Assembly: GCA_051362555.1 (NCBI GenBank)
Contig: CM120648.1
Coordinates: 19,340,587-19,404,586 of the forward strand
Direction of reading: 5' to 3'
Source of the DNA: Lingula anatina
Taxonomy: Eukaryota; Animalia; Brachiopoda
DNA length: 64,000 nucleotides
A program made the translations under genes and the position numbers. Below the pieces are notes generated by a model. The model ran no database searches and had not been told where the DNA came from. It was given only the letters and a program-made list of their open reading frames with translations. Of the stretch, positions 25,453-38,783 are shown piece after piece (within the stretch, counting starts at the first letter, position 1; each line of letters opens with the position of its first letter).

Positions 25453-28400
25453 TGTTCTCCACAACTTGAAATTATAAGGTGGGGGAAGGGCAGTTATGGT
25501 GAGGGTCTCCGAAAGCGAGCGCCAAAGGCGCTCGCCATGCTAGGGGGGTCCGGGGGCATGCTCCCCCGGGAAAATTTTGAAAAATTGGTGCAAATACCTG
25601 CATTCTGGGCAATTTTAGAAGTCTAAAAGGTCATTTTTGTGGTAAGAGAATTCATCATTACTTTAATGATAACTATGATCATTTTGTAGAGGTTCCTGTG
25701 TCAAGTTTTACTTTATATAAACAATAGTCATGATTCTGAATTAAACTTCACTTTTATTTTTGAATAAATCTCTGAAACATAAGGCATTTCACATTGTTTT
25801 TATGGCTTCATTGACGTCGGGTTACAATGAAGTTAAGTTAATAAAATGCAGTGCACTCTTCTGAAACAATCTAGAATTTGTACTTGTGAGTTTAAAACTT
25901 ATTTTACCTCTGGGATAAAATAAAATGTCTACAGGGCAATCATACACCATGATAGCCTTCACCACCAGTTGTAGTGCTAACTGTTGAAAGATGGAAGAAA
26001 GAGAATTTCACCTTCCAGCAACAAGTTTGGACTTTTATCATAATCATTGTACAGTCAGATACAGTTCAGCTGTCCAAAATTGTATGTTTTCCAGTATCAA
26101 CTGCAGGTAATTATATTGATGGCACCAAATATTTCACATTTTAACATCACATTTAAACATCCAAAGAGATCTTTCTGTTTCTCATTTGGGACCAAAGCCT
26201 AGCTGCCTCCCTGTAGTCAAATTCTTCTAGAGGAGGACCTTGAATTGACACTAGAAGAAGTGCATTCAATACATCTGAAGTTAGTCTGTTCCTCAGCCTG
26301 GTTTTCACTCTCTTCAGAACAGAAAATCCTCTTTCACAGTCTGAAAATTTAAGCATAATTCTATTGGTAATCTATTAAACTAATAGGGTATTTGTGCCCA
26401 AGGGTAATATATCTATTACAGACACCATCTACTTAGAAAATTTAATTGTTATCCACCTTTTAATTGAAAAATGTTATTTCCGTCTTACCTGCAGTTGACA
26501 CTGGCAAAACCATGCAAGCATGGGAAAAGTTTCTGAGTGCACAGTGACAAAACTTCCCAACACATCCTGGAAAGTGTATTTATCTCTCTTCCATTTTTGA
26601 AGAGTTGGAACTGCAGTGGTCCACTCACGGCACAGGCATTCACGGTCTATGATTGCCCTGTAGTGGTCTGCTATGAGCTGTGCCAGAAAATAAAATTAAA
26701 GTATAAATATCTGTAGTAATAATACAATAATATTAGAAGACCAACTTGGAAAGGTAAGTAATGGAATACAAACTTTTTTCAATTGGTAAAAAAAGGGTTT
26801 ATTAAATCTTATATCCAGTTAAAAAAGAAACTTAATTCCTTATGTATTTATTGAATTGAATTGCTTCATGCTAGTAATAGATTATAATAAAAAAATATCT
26901 GTAATAATAACAAATCTAATAAAAAACAGTGGTATGATACCTCTATATCTTCAAGACCATAACTTTCATCCAATGCACCCAGGTCAACATTAGGCAGATT
27001 GTCAGGGTTAAAGATATTGTTCAGCAAGTGGAATATACCAACGTCTGGAAATCTTTTCTTTACCTGGTCTATAATGTTCTTAATTAATGTGTCATGGGTC
27101 TGAAAAAGCAACATACAGTAGGAATTGAAAGCTTTACTTATAATTTGGAGTCATATATTGATACCATATTTTTACTTGTATGTACAGTAAAAGACAAGTA
27201 ATTTATCAAAACAAAGAGTGGCAGTATGGCATGAACTTACATTCTTCTTGAAATCATCCAAATCCTCTTTTTTGTATGGAAAGTGGAAACCATTATTGTT
27301 CAGATCATCAAGCTGCTGAGGAACGGATCTGAAGTTTTCACCAGGTCTTATCAGACGGGTCTCCAGCACCTCTACTGTAGTTTCAACAGATCTCTGGATT
27401 TCAGTAAAATCCACAGCTCTAGCCTGAAGGATTTCAACATAACTTATATCAATAAATAAAAACACTCACATTGGTAATAAGAGGTTGCTTTGAATCAATG
27501 TGTACTCAAAAATGCTCTAAACTTATGCCTGCAAATATAATCCTATATGCTTTGTTCCACGTAAACTATGGTATTAAATAGCAATAACAATCTAATAATG
27601 GTATAACTTGAGAATTATTTTAGTGTTCACTTACCTGAAATATTTTACTTAAGATTGTCAAGTGTGGCAGAATGTCACACATGGTGTGTAGAGTAGCGAC
27701 AAACTGCCAGTCCTCAACAAATTTTGCTAGGCCAAGGCCTTGGGCACAGTTTCTTTCTGCAGCCTCCCTCTGCAGCCTCATGATGAGACAGGGGAGGATC
27801 TCCATGATCGTGTGTGTGGCGCTGTCATGGGACGTCCACCTGACAGCCTTGGCTTGTTTGGGCTTGAGTAGAGGCTGTTCCATGTTCTTCTGCATGAAAA
27901 ACATTGTAATAACAAGCATCATTCACATGTACATTTGGCACCACATTACACATGAGTTTTCATTTCAAAAAATTCATTCTTAAGGTAAAGCCTGTGTTTT
28001 TTAAATACATTAAAAATAAATAAGTTACAGCTTAAATATTTACTAATATTAAGAGTGTCCCTATTATAACTGACATGATAAATCTATTGAAAAAAATGTA
28101 GGCATCTCCTTTCATATTTTTTTTTAGTTAATTATTATACAATAAAACCTTCACTGACCTGTATTTCTCTTAACCCATTTGTTCTTACTGGACTGTTTTC
28201 ATAATAATAAAAAATGCTGTCCAAGATGTCATTGAACTTTCTGATATAAGGCAACTCCAAAGCTCCCTGACTAGCAGCAAGGGCCAAGCGATGAGCAACG
28301 CAATGGTTGGACACAAGAAAATCAGAGACTTCCTAAAAATAAAAGAATGGAAAACATCAATCTTAAATGGCTAAATAAACGCCAGAAACATACAAGCCAA

Positions 28401-30876
28401 GTCAGAAATGCATTTTACCAGATGGTTCAAAGTATACATACCCTCTTAAGTTTTGCAGCTACACCATTTTTTCTGCCAACCATCACAGCGGCACCATCAC
28501 TGCCAACCCCTGCCAGTCTTCCAACCAAAGGGATGCTGCACCTAGCAAACTTGCCCATTATAGCATCTGTGATGGTGGCAGATTTTCCATCAGGGATCTG
28601 AACGCAGTAAATAAATATATAAATGCTAAGTTTTTTTGCACTGTTTCTTGAAATATGGGAGAGTCAAACAGAAATTTCAAGGATTGACAATGCTATTTCC
28701 TATCTTTCTTCCTGTAAATTTTACTGTTAATAAAATCAGTTAAGAAATACATGCTTTCCTTTATGATGTTATATTACAGATAAGAAAATAACATTTTTTA
28801 AATGAATACCTCTTCCATGCTGAGAAATGCAACCTCCATTCTCCTCACGCCATCTCCAAATTTCACATATATTACCAACTGCTTAGATACAGCAATATCT
28901 GTGGTTTCATCAATAAGGATACTGAAGAAAGGACTCCCAGAAATTCTCTGCAGGATTCCCTGGTGGATAACTTCACCTAATTAAAGTTGTTGAACATCTA
29001 TTGAAATACTCCCAGTAAAATTGTGATCTTCCTTATTTGATGTTCTTCTTTGAAGTATAATAAGAAAAAAATTAATAAATACCACCCAAATGATGTTATA
29101 GCCTTTTTAAACTTTTTTACTTTTTCTGTTACATTTTACATTCAATTGTTTCTTATACCAAGTTAAAAAATCAAAACTTAAAGCTTTTTACAAAACTTAC
29201 CACAACATAGCACCATCTCCTGCATAGTCCTTTCACTGGTGTAATTGCAGTTTTCTGCACACTCTGAGAGCTTTTGCAGGTACTGACAACCCATGAATTT
29301 GCACAACTCCAGGAGGTCTTTAAAATTAGTAGTGTGTGGGATTTCTTTCTTCATTAAAAAGTACATGCACTTCAGTGCACCAATGAAAGCCTCTGTTTCC
29401 ACAGACACCACATCCTGCATAGCAGCTGCTATCCCTCCATCTACCTTTGATTGTCTGTATTCCACCTCCAAACTGTGAGACACCTGATGCATGGTGGACT
29501 GTTCATGTCTCTTAATGGTGTCTTCCCTGTACGTCTGGCACCCAACTTTGGTCTAGATGTCAGTGCCTTTCTTGGACCTTTGACCATGGCTTGAACACCA
29601 GGCACAAAACATACCTGAAACAATGCATTTCTATGGTTAAACAATGGTATTTGATGTTTATGTAGCTTTACATAATAATTTAACGACGCAACGATCTTCC
29701 GTCGGACAGATATACGATAGCATCGACGTTGCTGCCTTTGCCCTGCTCTAAATGACTGTGAATGAACCTTTATTGATGTTTAAATTAACAAATGGGTTCA
29801 AAGTCTCGTAAAGCTTCTCACATTTTAAAAATAATCTAATCATTCCGGATTAAAAACGTATGAATACATCATCTCATTGGGATTGCTCACGTTCAAGTGA
29901 ATTGCGGGAAGGGCAGGTCTAATATTCAAGACTGTCAATCTACTTCCTTATACAAGCATAAAGGCGGGGTAAACGGAGCACGTGACAAAATCAGCCTATC
30001 GCTATGCAAGACTACTTTTCACAAACGTCATTCATGAAGAGCACATGGTCGAAACTGGCTAAAACTGCCTACGTGATCGGTAAATGTACAATGTATCTTT
30101 TCGATATATTAGCGGTCACGTTTTCTTGTAATACGAAAGAAATACATATGTATTTAAGCAACATCCCTGTATTAAAATGATTGGTTTGGTTTTATTTTCC
30201 AGTTGTATATAGATTCCAGTAAGTAATGAGGTAACAAACGCAAGATATGGTGAAATTTGTAAAATTTTATAACGATAATGATAAATCATGTAGTCTACTT
30301 ACCTTCATCGGGTTCATGTCGAAGCCATGTATACTTTTTCAACCACGGAGCGTAAAACTCCGTCCTATGTTTGTTTTTTTTAGGTGCTGGTTCGCTGGTC
30401 GTTTCGTCATTTACCTGTACGGAATGTGACTCTCCGCGGGTTTTGAAAAAAGACGTCAACGTGCTCTGCTTTGACGCCATGCTTAGAGATCTTATTTTTG
30501 CAAAAAAATTCTGTAGATAAGGCGGGGTAAATGGAGCACGTGACAAAATCAGCCTATCGCTATGACTACTTTCCACAAACGTCACCCGTGACGAGCACAT
30601 GGCCAAAATTGGCTACAACTGCGTACGTGAGCGGCAAATGTACAATGTATCTTTTCGATGTGTTAGTGTCAAAGGGATGCAAAAACGACAGTCAAGCTAT
30701 GCAAGTTCAAGTTTAATATCTCACTTTTCTACAAGAAAATAATCTGAAGGTCTGCTCATTGCTCAAAATAAAGGTGGCGGGCCGTTTACATAAGGTGGCG
30801 CAAAACTCAATAAGGTGGCGCAGCGCCGAGATAAGGTGGCGCAGCGCCACCTAAAAACAGGTCGTGGAGAACACTG
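25450..30876 (-). mobile_element. Full-length hAT DNA transposon (ZNF862-like transposase)
   Basis: TIR cagtgttctccac(a/g)ac at both ends. Four subterminal aaggtggcg repeats at 30771-30841. Internal transposase gene. TSD obscured by (TA)n. Confidence 0.92.
26153..30480 (-). pseudogene. Intron-containing hAT transposase (~10 exons), disabled
   Basis: Zn-finger MFCAWC...H...H, IDETTDI, GSDGAAVM, HCVAHRLALA, RWTSH, VLPVSTADCERGFS...KTRLRNRL. In-frame TAG at 29553-29555 and a frameshifting deletion near 26515-26525. Confidence 0.85.
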
Positions 30877-31115
30877 ATATATATATAATAACATTGAGTT
30901 TTTAGTAGTGTTAATTTTAAATGGTTCCGATGAGTGTTTTAGATTTTAATATTGTAGTAATTTTAAGGATTTTAGTTATATTATCCGTTGTAAGGCACCC
31001 AATAAGAAACATTATTATTATATTAATGGGTGCTATTTTTTAGCAATGCTGAGGAGAAAACACTGATTAATATTCATCTTTGCAATTACCTCAAGGCTTC
31101 ATTTACATTTTTCAG

Positions 31116-31240
31116 AGTTTATTATGTTTTGGTTAAACTCAATCCATATGCACACTATTGGAAAATTGAGGGAAGAAGACAAAAATGCCATGCCATACGT
31201 CTTGATTATTGGAACTCATAAGGACATGTTATGCCCACAG
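31116..31240 (+). CDS. Exon 7: Roc G4
   Basis: FWLNSIHMH...PYVLIIGTHKD. tttcag acceptor, CAG|gtgaaa donor, phase 1-0. Confidence 0.92.
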
Positions 31241-31626
31241 GTGAAAACACTTTTCTTATCACAATTATTCAATTACTACCATACTTATTCTATGTATAAT
31301 TTGTATCCCTTCAACCATATCACATTGCGATTCCTGATGAGTGACTTAATTATTTAGAAACTTTTCACTATGTGACTATTTGTGGATGGCATGATTTAAT
31401 GTTGGGAGAAAAGGGTGTCCCTTGCCCACTGTACCCTATCCTCATTTTATAGGTTCATTGCAACATACCCCATTTTTCAACTTGAACAAAGTGGACTATA
31501 TCATATACACATATATACATGTACATACACACACCCTGGTAGATGTTTTCTTTCGCGCTGACACTTAAGCATTATTATATAGTAGTGAAAAACTACAAAA
31601 GAATCTTAACATCTTTTCATTCATAG

Positions 31627-32806
31627 GGCGAGGTTGAAAAGATTTTTGATAAACTCAGGCAGTGTCTCGATGACAAGCAGGTACTCAAGGACCACGTCTA
31701 CCGATATTTTGCCATAAGCAACTTGGCCGAAGACGATGAGGAGTTTGCTGAAATAAAAAGAGCGATCGAAGATTTGTGCGGTTATAGCAGCGACAGTGAG
31801 GCTACCGTTCAACATCTTCCAGTGAGTTGGATTAAATTGGAAATGAATTTGGCAAAGAAGAGTGAAGAAACACCCATCATAACTATTGAAAAATTGATGG
31901 AAATGGCGCAAAGGGTAGGACTCCCTGATGGAGAATTACAAGAAAAATTCATTCCTTACCATTACCGTCAAGGCGATATCCTACACTTCAAAGTTGATGG
32001 ACTGGAAAATGTCGTCATAATAGATCCACTTTGGTTAGCAGTTGTGTTTTCTGCCATCATGACCAAGGCCAGCAGTCAACCTGGAGGCAGTCACTTTGAT
32101 CTCCTGAAAGACGATCTGAAAAGAGGAGTGCTCAATGAGGAGGTATTTGATGAATATCTAAAACAAATCAAAATGACCGAAAAAAAGACTGAAATCATTC
32201 AACTTATGCTGCATTTCGACTTGATGTTAGAAATATCCCAAGCAGTTGAAAACCCTCTGCCTGGGTCTGGAAAGAGAAGATTCGTCGTGCCTAGTATGCT
32301 GGTATCCAATAACAGTGTAAATAACGCCTTGTGTGAGACGGATCCACAGAAATATTTGCTTATCACATTCCCTCACATTCTGTTTCCTACCGGGTTGTTT
32401 CATCGTCTGATCATCCGTCTTCTTAGGAAGTACAGAGCTCAGGAATATAAACATAACATTCCAGTTGTTGGGTTTGACCACGCCTCCTTCCGTTTGGGAG
32501 ACAAACAGTCGGTGCTCCATCTCGCCATTGAAGAAAGGGCCATGAGAATGATGATAACAAACGCTACTGGAAACAAACCAAAACCTCACATATACTTAAA
32601 CGCACGGAAAACCGTTGAAAAAGAGCTGTCAACTCTTCGGGACACGTACTGTCCCAGGATGCAGTTAGAGTTCCGCATTCGGGTAAATGACAAAGGAAAA
32701 GATATTCCAATAAACGCAGAGGATGTCCAAGAAAACAAGATATGTAGGTCTGTAGAGGGCACTGAAATGCCAATTGATGTGACACCGTATCGTGTTTGGT
32801 TTTCAG
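31627..32806 (+). CDS. Exon 8: end of Roc (G5) and COR-A/COR-B
   Basis: FAISN, LPVSWIKLE, GDILHF, VVIIDPLWL, FVVPSML, FPTGLFHRLIIR. catag acceptor, CAG|gtaagc donor, phase 0-1. Confidence 0.93.
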
Positions 32807-33559
32807 GTAAGCATTAAAATTTTAGGCAGTTTTGCTGTCAGCAGACATTATGTTGCTGAATATAATTAGGGGTAATGTAGTCATTGAAATCAGTGATACT
32901 TAAATTGATGTAAATGCAACTAATCATATTGGGTGATGTACTATGATGTCCATGAAGATAATTAATATTTCAAATTGTTGCCAATAAACCAAACTTTATA
33001 TATTTTAAAATAATGTAACTTGATAAATACCCAAAGGTATTTTCATAATCCTCGAAAATAATATCTTTTCAGATCTTATCAGCATTTTTCCCCTTGGCAA
33101 TTTTTGCCCATCGCTTTCGTTAGAACAATATAAATATCGCCCACAAAATCATGCAATTTATATTTTGATCATTCCAATGATACAAGTTTTACATGGGCAT
33201 CAATGTCTGGGTGAGGGTAAGACTATTGCAATTCTATGTGCCGAACATTTTTCATATAAACTGTTGCATATTAGATTTATTACCCAGCTGTGCACAGCGT
33301 TAGACTTGTTTTAACTTTTAATTTAAAAACAAATGCCCAAGCATATTTGGAAAACATTCAATGACAAAAATAAATACTATGCCCTGGTCGTATTTTGAGA
33401 ATTTACCTGCGATGCAGAAGGTAAATGTACAGCAGGTTACCTTTTGCTCACAACACATATCTATTAATAAGTTTCTTCATACTTAAATTACATGTATATT
33501 ATTAATTGCTAATTTTGTTCATCATGCGCATATTCTTGTAATTCGTCTTATTTTTACAG

Positions 33560-33592
33560 ATAGTGCACATGCAGTACAAATAAGTGATCCAG
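33560..33592 (+). CDS. Exon 9: 33-nt linker exon
   Basis: tttttacag acceptor, CAG|gtaatt donor, DSAHAVQISDP, phase 1-1. Confidence 0.6.
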
Positions 33593-36500
33593 GTAATTTT
33601 GTATTTGGTAGTGCTAAGCTTAGGCTAAGAAGTATGCACATTATTATGTACAGACACAGATGTGTCTGTACATATAGCCATCATCTGCGTCTGTCGCCGT
33701 TGTCGCCGTCGTCGCCGTGCACTCAGCGATAACACGATAAGTGGAATACCGTTTAACATTTTGTATTCAAATTTACAGAACTGATGAATATTCATAATAC
33801 GCAGGTCAAGTTCGAAAATCAGCATGATCAGGCCATTTTTAGGGAATTTATGCTGTTTTTTCACTTTTTTCAGCATATATGCAGCACCGATAACACGATA
33901 AGTGGAAAACTGTTTTACCTTTTAGCTTGAAACTTACAGAACTGATGAATATTCATAATACGCAGGTCAAGTTCGAAAATCAGCATGATTGGGTCATTTT
34001 TAGGGAATTTATGCTGTTTTTTCACTTTTTTATGTACAGACACAGATGTGTCTGTACATATAGCCATCACCTGCGTCTGTCGTCGTCGCCGTGCACTTTC
34101 ACCGATAACACGATAAGTGAAAAACTGTTTTACCTTTTGGCTTGAAACTTACAGAACTGATGAATATTCATAATACGCAGGTCAAGTTCGAAAATCAGCA
34201 TGATCAGGCCATTTTGATGGAAGTTATGTTGTTTTTTCACTTTTTTCAGCATATTTATAACACCGATAACACGATAAGTGAAAAACCATTTTACCTTTTG
34301 GCTTGAAACTTACAGAACTGATGAATATTCATAATACGCAGGTCAAGTTCGAAAATCAGCATGATTGGGTCATTTTTAGGGAAGTTATGCTGTTTTTTCA
34401 CTATTTTCAGCATATATGCAACACCGATAACACAATAGGTGAAATACTGTTTTACTTTTTGGCTTGAAACTTACAGAACTGATGAATATTTATAATACAC
34501 AGGTCAAGTTCGAAAATCAGCATGATCAGGCCATTTTTAGGGAAGTTATGATGTTTTTTAACTTTTTTCAGCATATATGCAGCACCGATAACATGATAGT
34601 TGGAAAACCATTTTACCTTTTTGCTTGAAACTTACAAAACTGATGAATATTCATAATATGCAGGTCAAGTTTGAAAATCAGCATGATTGGGCAATTTTTA
34701 TGGAAGTTATTCTTTTTTTTTTTTCAATTTTTTCAGCATTTTTATAACACAGATAACAAGATAAATGTAAAAACGTTTTTCCTTTTGGATTGAAACTTAC
34801 AGAACTGATGAATATTTATAATACGCAGGTAAAGTTTGAAAATTGGCATGATTGGACTATTTTTACAAAAGTTATGCTGTTTTTTTCCCTTATTCAGCAC
34901 ATATGCAACTCTGATAACGCATTTTAAGGAAAAGTGTTGTTTTGACATTTTCTGCTTCTTAAGAATATTGTTAGTTGATTATATAAAAATGACGGTAAAC
35001 CTGTTATCGTGCATTGTGTAATAAAGTATCAAAAATGGAAAGGAACTCATCATTGCAGTTTGTCGGATTCAATCATTCACTATGTTCAGAATCTCAGAAT
35101 GGAGCAAATCAGACATTTGAAATTGTTCTATTGATATTTTTCCTGTGTTAACAATTTTCCTAGTTGATCATTTAAAAATGACAGTAAATTGATTATTTTA
35201 TGTAAAAAAAGGTGTTGAAAATGGAAAGAAAATCATTTCAGTACAGTTATCTCTTGTTTACATTTTGGCATTTTAAAAGTGTGACTTCCATGGCCTTGAA
35301 GACCTTCCCATATCACATTTTCTGAATATCCATGATACTTTTTTTTAATTGATGGTCATTATGCTGTTAAGTATTATGTTATATTGCATGAAAGTTCAAG
35401 AAAACCCTATTTTGGACACTACTGCCAGGATAGCGATTAAGAGAAAACCATATTACTTATGATACTCAAACTTACTGAAAAGTTTAATAAGACTGAAGTG
35501 CAGCTTGTGTTGGAAAACCAGTGTGATTGTTTTCTGTTTTGGAAGCAATGCAGTTCTACAGAGTGCTATATGGTGCAATAAATGTATATGGATAGCCAGC
35601 AGGGTTATAAACTAATTTGCTTAATTAATTATGTACAGACACAGATGTGTCTGTACATATTGCCATCACCTGCGTCTGTCGTCGGCGATGGCGATGCCGT
35701 CACCGGCGCCGTGCACTTTCCTTGTAAACACGATAAGTGGAGGGCAGTTTTACTTTTTGGCTTTATATTTACAGAGCTGATGAATATTCATAAAATGCAG
35801 GTCAAGTTCGAAAATCAGCATGAGCGGGCCATTATTGTAGAAGTAATGCTGTTTTTTCACTTTTCAGCATATATGCAACCCTGTAAACATATTTTAAGGA
35901 AAACCGTTAGGCCTGTTGTCATGAAATTCACAGGAGTAATCAATCTTACTAAAACGCAGGTCAAGTTCGAAAATCGGTATGATCAGGCCACTATTTTAGT
36001 AGTAATGCTGTTTTCATTTTTCAGCATATATGCAACACTGTAAACACAATATAAGAAAAACAGATGGGCCAATTGTCATTAAACTCACAGGAGTGGTCAG
36101 TCTTACTAAAACATAGGTTGAGTTCGAAAATCAGCATAATCGGGGCATTATTTTAGAAGTTATGCTGTTTTTTCACATTTCCTCAGATTCAACTCTTAGG
36201 CATATTAACAGTCTCATTATTGAACTAATAAGATACGTAAAAGTGTTTGTTTTACATTTCCTGCATCTTTACATTTTTACATTTGTTTTACATTTTCTGC
36301 ATCTGTAAATATGATGGTAAATTTGTTATTGTGTATTGTGTAATGAAGTGTCAAAATTTGGCATTTTCAAGATGTGACTTTGACGTTCTATGGTCCTGAA
36401 GACCTTTGCTAGTCACATTTTCTGAATATCCATGATACTAATATTTTATGATTAAAAATTGATGGTCATTATGCTGTTAAACATTATGTAATATTGCATC

Positions 36501-38446
36501 AAAATTTGAAGAAACCCCTATTTTGGGCACTGCTCCCATGATGACCATTTAAGGAAAATCATGTCACTCACTGTTCTCAAACTTACAGGAAAGAAACATG
36601 GGACTAAAATATAGCTTCAGTAGGCAATGCAGTCTGTTTTGTAAATATTTCTGGCATTTAAATAGTTTTTTGTGAAAATAAAATTTTTCACTTATTGGCA
36701 TTTTCAAGGTGTGACTTTGAAGTTCCATGAGCCTGCAGACCTTTGCTAGTCACGTTTTCTGAATGTTCATGTTTCTAATATTCTATTATTAAAAATTGAT
36801 GGTCGATATGCTGTTAAACATTATGTAATATTGCATCAAAATTTGAAGAAACCCCTATTTTGGGCACTGCTCCCATTGTGACCATTTAAGAAAAACCATG
36901 TCACTTACTGTTTTCAAACTTACAGGAAAGAAACATGGGACTAAAATACAGCTTCAGTAGGCAATGCAATCTGTTTGGTAATTTTTTCTGGCAGTTAAAC
37001 AGTTTTTTGTGAAAATTTAATTTTTCACATATTGGGATTTTCAGGGTGTGACTTTGAAGTTCCATGAGCCTGCAGACCTTTGCTAGTCACGTTTTCTGAA
37101 TGTTCATGTGACTAATATTCTATTTTTAAAAATTGATGGTCATTATGCTGTTAAACATTATGTAATATTGCATCAAAATTTGACGAAACCCCTATTTTGG
37201 GCACTGCTCCCATGATGACCATTTAAGGAAAATCGTGTCAATTACTGTTCTCAAACTTACAGGAAAGAAACATGGGACTAAAATACAGCTTCAGTAGGCA
37301 ATGCAGTCTGTTTGGTAAATTTTTCTGGCAATTAAACAGTTTTTTGTGAAAATTTAATTTTTCACATAGTGGCATTTCCAAGGTGTGACTTCGAACCTCC
37401 ACGGGCTTGAAGACACATGCTAGTTACATTTTGTGAAAATCCATGACACTTATATTTTATTATTAAAAATCGATGGTCATTATGCTGTTAAACATTATAT
37501 AATGTTGCATCAAAATAGAAGAAAACACAATTTTTGGTGCTGCTGCCTTGATGACCATTATGGGAAAACCGTGTTACTTATGACTGTCAAACTTTCAAAA
37601 AAGAAACACAGGACTAAAATGCAGCCCGGGTTAGAAAAGCAGTCTAATTGGCTTCTTTTTCTGGAAGTTATACATTTTAGTGTAATATTCATTATCTTTT
37701 TGGCATATTCATTGAGGGACTCGGAGCTCCCATGGACTTGAAGCCAAATGGTAATCATATTTTCTACATGTCCATCCTATTTATAGTCAATAAACAAAAA
37801 TTGGTGATAATTATTCTCTAATTTATTATGTAATGTTACATCAAAATTGACAACAATCTTTTTGCACTGCAAACATTATGAAAAAAAACTGTGCTACTTA
37901 TTATAATTTTAAACTTACAAGTACGATTTTTAGGATTGGCCTTCAGCTCATGAGAAAACCAGATCTATTGGATTATCATGTTTATTGTATTTATGCATTT
38001 TTTGTGAAATTTTCATTTTTCTCATTCTGGCACTTTCTAAGTATAAACTTGAACTCTGATGGGCCTGGAGCCTTATGCTTTTACTTTCGTCTGTGTTACC
38101 TGTTTTGCATAAGTTGATGTTGACTGTGCAGTTAAACATAATGTATTATTGCATCAGGATTGGTAGTCTCCTATTTTGGGCATTATGGTTTTGTGCTTTT
38201 CTTAAGGTGTGACTTATGGGCCTGAAGACCTTTGAGTGGGTCAGTCTGTAAATTACCCTTGGGTATCAGTAGATTAATTTCAGAGTTATAAAGTCATTTG
38301 CTTTAATAGGCCATTAAATGAGATTACGTAAAGCACACTTATTGATATTTCCCTGTAAACTCCCAAAGGTAAAGCTCTCTGCTAGATTAATAATAAGGAA
38401 GCAGTGATAATTATGCAGTTAAATTTTGTTGAATATTGCAAATAAG

Positions 38447-38508
<62 letters not shown>

Positions 38509-38547
38509 AAGATTAAAAGTTTGAATAGCATCTTCATTGGAATTATA

Positions 38548-38783
38548 TTTACCTCTAGCTCTGCCAAGGGGGTTATATTTTCACCCCTGTTTGTCTGTCA
38601 TGCACATAACACAAAAAGTTATGGACCGATTTTGCAGAAATTTTCAGGAACTGTCGGAAGTGGGCCAGAGAGGACAATGATTAATTTTTGGTGGTGGTCC
38701 GGATCAATAATCAATCAATTATCAATAATAATCAACAATTGCTGCCTTGGCAGAGGTCTGCACTCTCAAAGTGCTTTTCTAGT
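38548..38783 (+). mobile_element. Short HINE-type element (second copy 44462-44698)
   Basis: Subterminal IR ctctgccaagg / ccttggcagag, 3' hairpin gcact...agtgc, CTAG end into a T-run. Paralogous segments near 18055 and 53855 lack it. Confidence 0.75.

Noticed and set aside
25360-25626. IYIYIY ORFs (also 38382 and 54456)
   Set aside because: (TA)n microsatellite translations.
26153-30480. Host gene ZNF862
   Set aside because: Flanked by TIRs, intronic, no KRAB domain, and carries disabling lesions.
15890-32806. LRRK2, DAPK1 or MFHAS1 orthologue
   Set aside because: No LRR, ankyrin, kinase or death domain was found, so no gene symbol is assigned.
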